From Deltaproteobacteria bacterium (lineage in GTDB: Bacteria; Myxococcota; Kuafuiibacteriia; Kuafuiibacteriales; Kuafuiibacteriaceae), in contig JAVJQW010000049.1 of NCBI GenBank assembly GCA_040218735.1, positions 64,001 to 128,000 on the forward strand: a stretch of DNA of 64,000 bases, in the 5' to 3' direction. The notes below the pieces were generated by a model. The model saw nothing but the letters and a program-made list of their open reading frames with translations. It ran no database searches and was not told the DNA's origin. Positions 58,999 to 64,000 of the stretch are shown in pieces; the stretch's first letter is position 1; each line of letters starts with the position of its first letter. The position numbers were made by a program, and so were the translations under genes.

Positions 58999-59628
58999 TC
59001 AGCGCTGGTCGATCGACCGCAGCTCGATCACCTGCACCCGCTCGCCGGTGCGCTGGGTGATCCGACGCGCACAACGAATCCCGCCGAAGTCCTGATAGTC
59101 CGCGAACCGCGACGACGTGGTCTGTTTGCCCTCCGGCGTCTCGACCTCACCGCGCAGCGCGAGCAACACACCCGCGCTCTTGTCGAAGGACAACGTCACC
59201 GGACCCGTCGGGCCCTTCGCCTCGACCTCCCACACCGCGATCCCGTCGACCTGCGCGTCGCCGATCGTCTTCGCCGCGGCGTAGTGCTGCGCGAGGTGCA
59301 CGTCGAAGTGCAGATCGGACGCCCACGCGTCGTCGTAGGTCTTCTCGATCTTCCCGATGCCCGCGAGGTCCAGCTCGAGCTTCGCCGGGCCGTCCGACAG
59401 CGTGAGCCGACCCGTGCCCTCCACACCGCGATCCGGGTAGGCGATCGCAAACGCGAGCGTCGCGCCCATGAGCTTCTCGATCGCGCGCGACCCACCGACC
59501 GCCCTCAGGTGCCGCTCGAACAGCACCTCCGCGCGCACCGGCTCGTTGTTCGGCGAAGCCTTCGGCGGAGGGGTGCTCGCCGGACAGCCCGCCGTCAGCA
59601 GCAACGCGAGGACCGCCGCGCGCCTCAC
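58999..59628 (-). CDS. Hypothetical lipoprotein
   Basis: GTG 59628; lipobox TAGC; A.GG..A and FDK..G.L motifs; coupled to upstream gene. Confidence 0.65.
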   Translation of the reverse strand: MRRAAVLALLLTAGCPASTPPPKASPNNEPVRAEVLFERHLRAVGGSRAIEKLMGATLAFAIAYPDRGVEGTGRLTLSDGPAKLELDLAGIGKIEKTYDDAWASDLHFDVHLAQHYAAAKTIGDAQVDGIAVWEVEAKGPTGPVTLSFDKSAGVLLALRGEVETPEGKQTTSSRFADYQDFGGIRCARRITQRTGERVQVIELRSIDQR

Positions 59629-60107
59629 GATCCGCAGCTCGTCATCGGCGGGGGCGGGCACAACCGCGCGTCGGGGTTCACGGGCGCGAGCGTGAGCGGG
59701 ATGAGCGCGTCCTCGGTGGACTGCGCCCACATCGAGCACGCCTCGTAGCGGAAGATCTGATTCAACGGCGTCTGCCCGTCCTCGATGCAGACACACGCCT
59801 GCTGGTTCATCGCGTCGGCGCTGTCCGGGACACACGGTCCCGTGCACTCTTCCCAGCCCTGCAGCCACACGTAGAACAGCTCGCCCGGCGTCACCCCCGC
59901 TTCGATAGGCGCGCCGGAGCCGTCGAGCGGGAGGTTCTGCGCGGCCGCGAGCTCGTTCTGACCGCACACCCGCACGATCATGCGAAGGCGCGCGAGCCCG
60001 GCGAGCGGCGGCACGTCGTTCGAACGGCGGAGATCGATCGCGACCGTCGGCGGCCCGCCGCAGCCCGCGAGCACGCCCAACACCACGAACCATCTGAGCA
60101 CCTTCAT
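59625..60107 (-). CDS. Small Cys-rich lipoprotein
   Basis: MKVLRWFVVLGVLAGC lipobox; ATGA coupling. Confidence 0.65.
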   Translation of the reverse strand: MKVLRWFVVLGVLAGCGGPPTVAIDLRRSNDVPPLAGLARLRMIVRVCGQNELAAAQNLPLDGSGAPIEAGVTPGELFYVWLQGWEECTGPCVPDSADAMNQQACVCIEDGQTPLNQIFRYEACSMWAQSTEDALIPLTLAPVNPDARLCPPPPMTSCGS

Positions 60108-61480
60108 GGCAGCCGCACCTCGAACTTCGTCGTCGCCGGGTCCGGCGACAGGAGCACCACCCCCGCGACGACGCCTCCGACCGCCGCCGCTCCGACGATC
60201 GCCCAGAACCACCACTGACCGATGAGTGCGTCGTCGTCGTCGGGCGGCTCGGTGACAGCGCCGGTCACGAGCGAGCCGCCGGGCGGAGGGGGAGGGGGCG
60301 GCGACACGTCGAGGTCGACGGCGTCCGCGCTCCGGGACGCGTACATCGCTTCCGTCACCGCGGGGGTGGCGGTGAACGCGCCGTCGTCGTCGATCGAGAA
60401 GATGTCCGCGCGCTGATCCACGAACAGCCCCGCGCACAATCGCTTCACGTTGCGTGCGACACGCTCGCTGTCGATCACCGGGTCGAGCGGTACCCGGCCC
60501 ACCGACTTCAGCGGCCCGCCGCTCCCGTGGCGCGCGATGAACAGCCACAGGCGATCGTCGGTGCCCTTCTTCACCGCGCCCACGAGCGTCGTCCACCCGC
60601 GGGCGAGCGAAGCGACCCGCGATGCAAACGGTTCCGCCGCCTCGGCGCCGCGGCGTCGCTGTACGACCTCGAGCATCGCGCGCCGCGCTTCTTCCGCGGG
60701 CCCGGTGCGTTCGAGGCGGACCTGCGTCGCGCGCCCGGCGGCGACACGCACGGTCGTCTTCAGCACGCCGTGCGGCCACGTCGCGACGACGTAGTGCTGG
60801 CCGGGGAGGATGCGCGTCGCGACGAGCGGTGCTTCGCCGAGGCGCTGCCCGTCGACCTGGATCAGGCACCCCGGATCCGCGCACTCGATCTCGATGCGCC
60901 CGACCGCGCCGGTCTCGCGCTTCGCGGCGTCCCACAGGCGCACGAACTTCGCGGGGTGCGTCCGCGACGTCGGCGCGAGCTTGGGGCCGAGGGCGATCAG
61001 GTTCTTCAGCGTGGCCTTCGCGGCGCCGTGCTCGCCGCTTTGGTACTGCGCCTCGGCCTTCGCGAGCATCGCGTCGTGGAGGAGCTCGTAGTCCTCGAGC
61101 GTGACGAGGCGCGACTCGAAGATCGAGATGGCCTTGTCGAGCTTCTTCAGCGCGGACTTGTGTTTGAACCGCAGGAACAGATCGACGCCCTGGTTCTTGA
61201 GCTTCGAGACCAGCGCGGCGTCGTCCGCGAGGAGGCGTTTGTCGAGCGCGTGTCCGGACGCGTCGACGAGGCGGAACCGGTCGTAGCCGTCCAGCTCGTC
61301 CACCAGGAGGGTCTCGAGCTGACGCGCGGCCTTCGGTGCGAGGGGGCCGCGCTCCAGGCCCACCCAGGCGTACCGGCGCGGCTTGTTCTTGCCGTACACG
61401 GCCGCCGGCACCGTCAGCACGACGGCGAGCACCCCCCACGCGATGGCACCTGCGCGCACCGCAGCGGAGGCTATCGTCAT
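60104..61480 (-). CDS. PEGA domain-containing protein with C-terminal TM helix
   Basis: Signal peptide; TPR-like helices; G.LIQVDG...G..P....PG.H (PEGA); WWFWAIVG TM. Confidence 0.75.
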   Translation of the reverse strand: MTIASAAVRAGAIAWGVLAVVLTVPAAVYGKNKPRRYAWVGLERGPLAPKAARQLETLLVDELDGYDRFRLVDASGHALDKRLLADDAALVSKLKNQGVDLFLRFKHKSALKKLDKAISIFESRLVTLEDYELLHDAMLAKAEAQYQSGEHGAAKATLKNLIALGPKLAPTSRTHPAKFVRLWDAAKRETGAVGRIEIECADPGCLIQVDGQRLGEAPLVATRILPGQHYVVATWPHGVLKTTVRVAAGRATQVRLERTGPAEEARRAMLEVVQRRRGAEAAEPFASRVASLARGWTTLVGAVKKGTDDRLWLFIARHGSGGPLKSVGRVPLDPVIDSERVARNVKRLCAGLFVDQRADIFSIDDDGAFTATPAVTEAMYASRSADAVDLDVSPPPPPPPGGSLVTGAVTEPPDDDDALIGQWWFWAIVGAAAVGGVVAGVVLLSPDPATTKFEVRLP

Positions 61481-61618
61481 TCGTCCCCCGGATCGAAGTC
61501 GGCGTTCGCGCGATAGTTTGGCGTGCTCCGGACTGCGTACTAGGATGGCGTCGGCCAAACACGTCGCGGCGCACCCGTGCGCCCAGACTTGGCCGAGGTG
61601 CGGGTTAGTCCGATTCGA

Positions 61619-64000
<2,382 letters not shown>

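Overview
Very GC-rich bacterial chromosomal DNA. Gene content and style (many lipoproteins with D-A/G-G linkers, DUF1592/DUF1552 and DUF1588/DUF1501 clusters, PEGA proteins, a Hanks-type Ser/Thr kinase) suggest a myxobacterium-like organism (Myxococcota); this is an inference. About 53 real CDS and one tRNA-Glu(TTC) are supported; most other long ORFs in the track are antisense or shadow frames. Contents in order: (1) a surface-glycan/glycolipid-type cluster (two FAD oxidoreductases, GalE, UDP-glucuronate decarboxylase, flippase-like protein, GT2); (2) PhoD and hydrolases; (3) a DUF1592-DUF1552-lipoprotein-SCP2-SCP2 operon; (4) a 1154-aa dikinase with glucan-water-dikinase-like domain order, divergent from an orphan gene; (5) an HUH/RAYT-like Y1 transposase inside about 0.9 kb of non-coding nested repeats (33 bp x2, about 230 bp x2) plus a 53-bp duplication of the neighbouring gene end; (6) a second cytochrome c/DUF1501 module; (7) a GbsR-regulated ABC exporter with a clear operator; (8) a 1291-aa toxin-like lipoprotein next to the tRNA; (9) a desaturase; (10) a PEGA/kinase locus running off the right edge. 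The best novel-system candidates are the RAYT-like transposase with its structured repeats and the GWD-like dikinase locus. All family assignments come from motif recognition by eye; no database searches were run.
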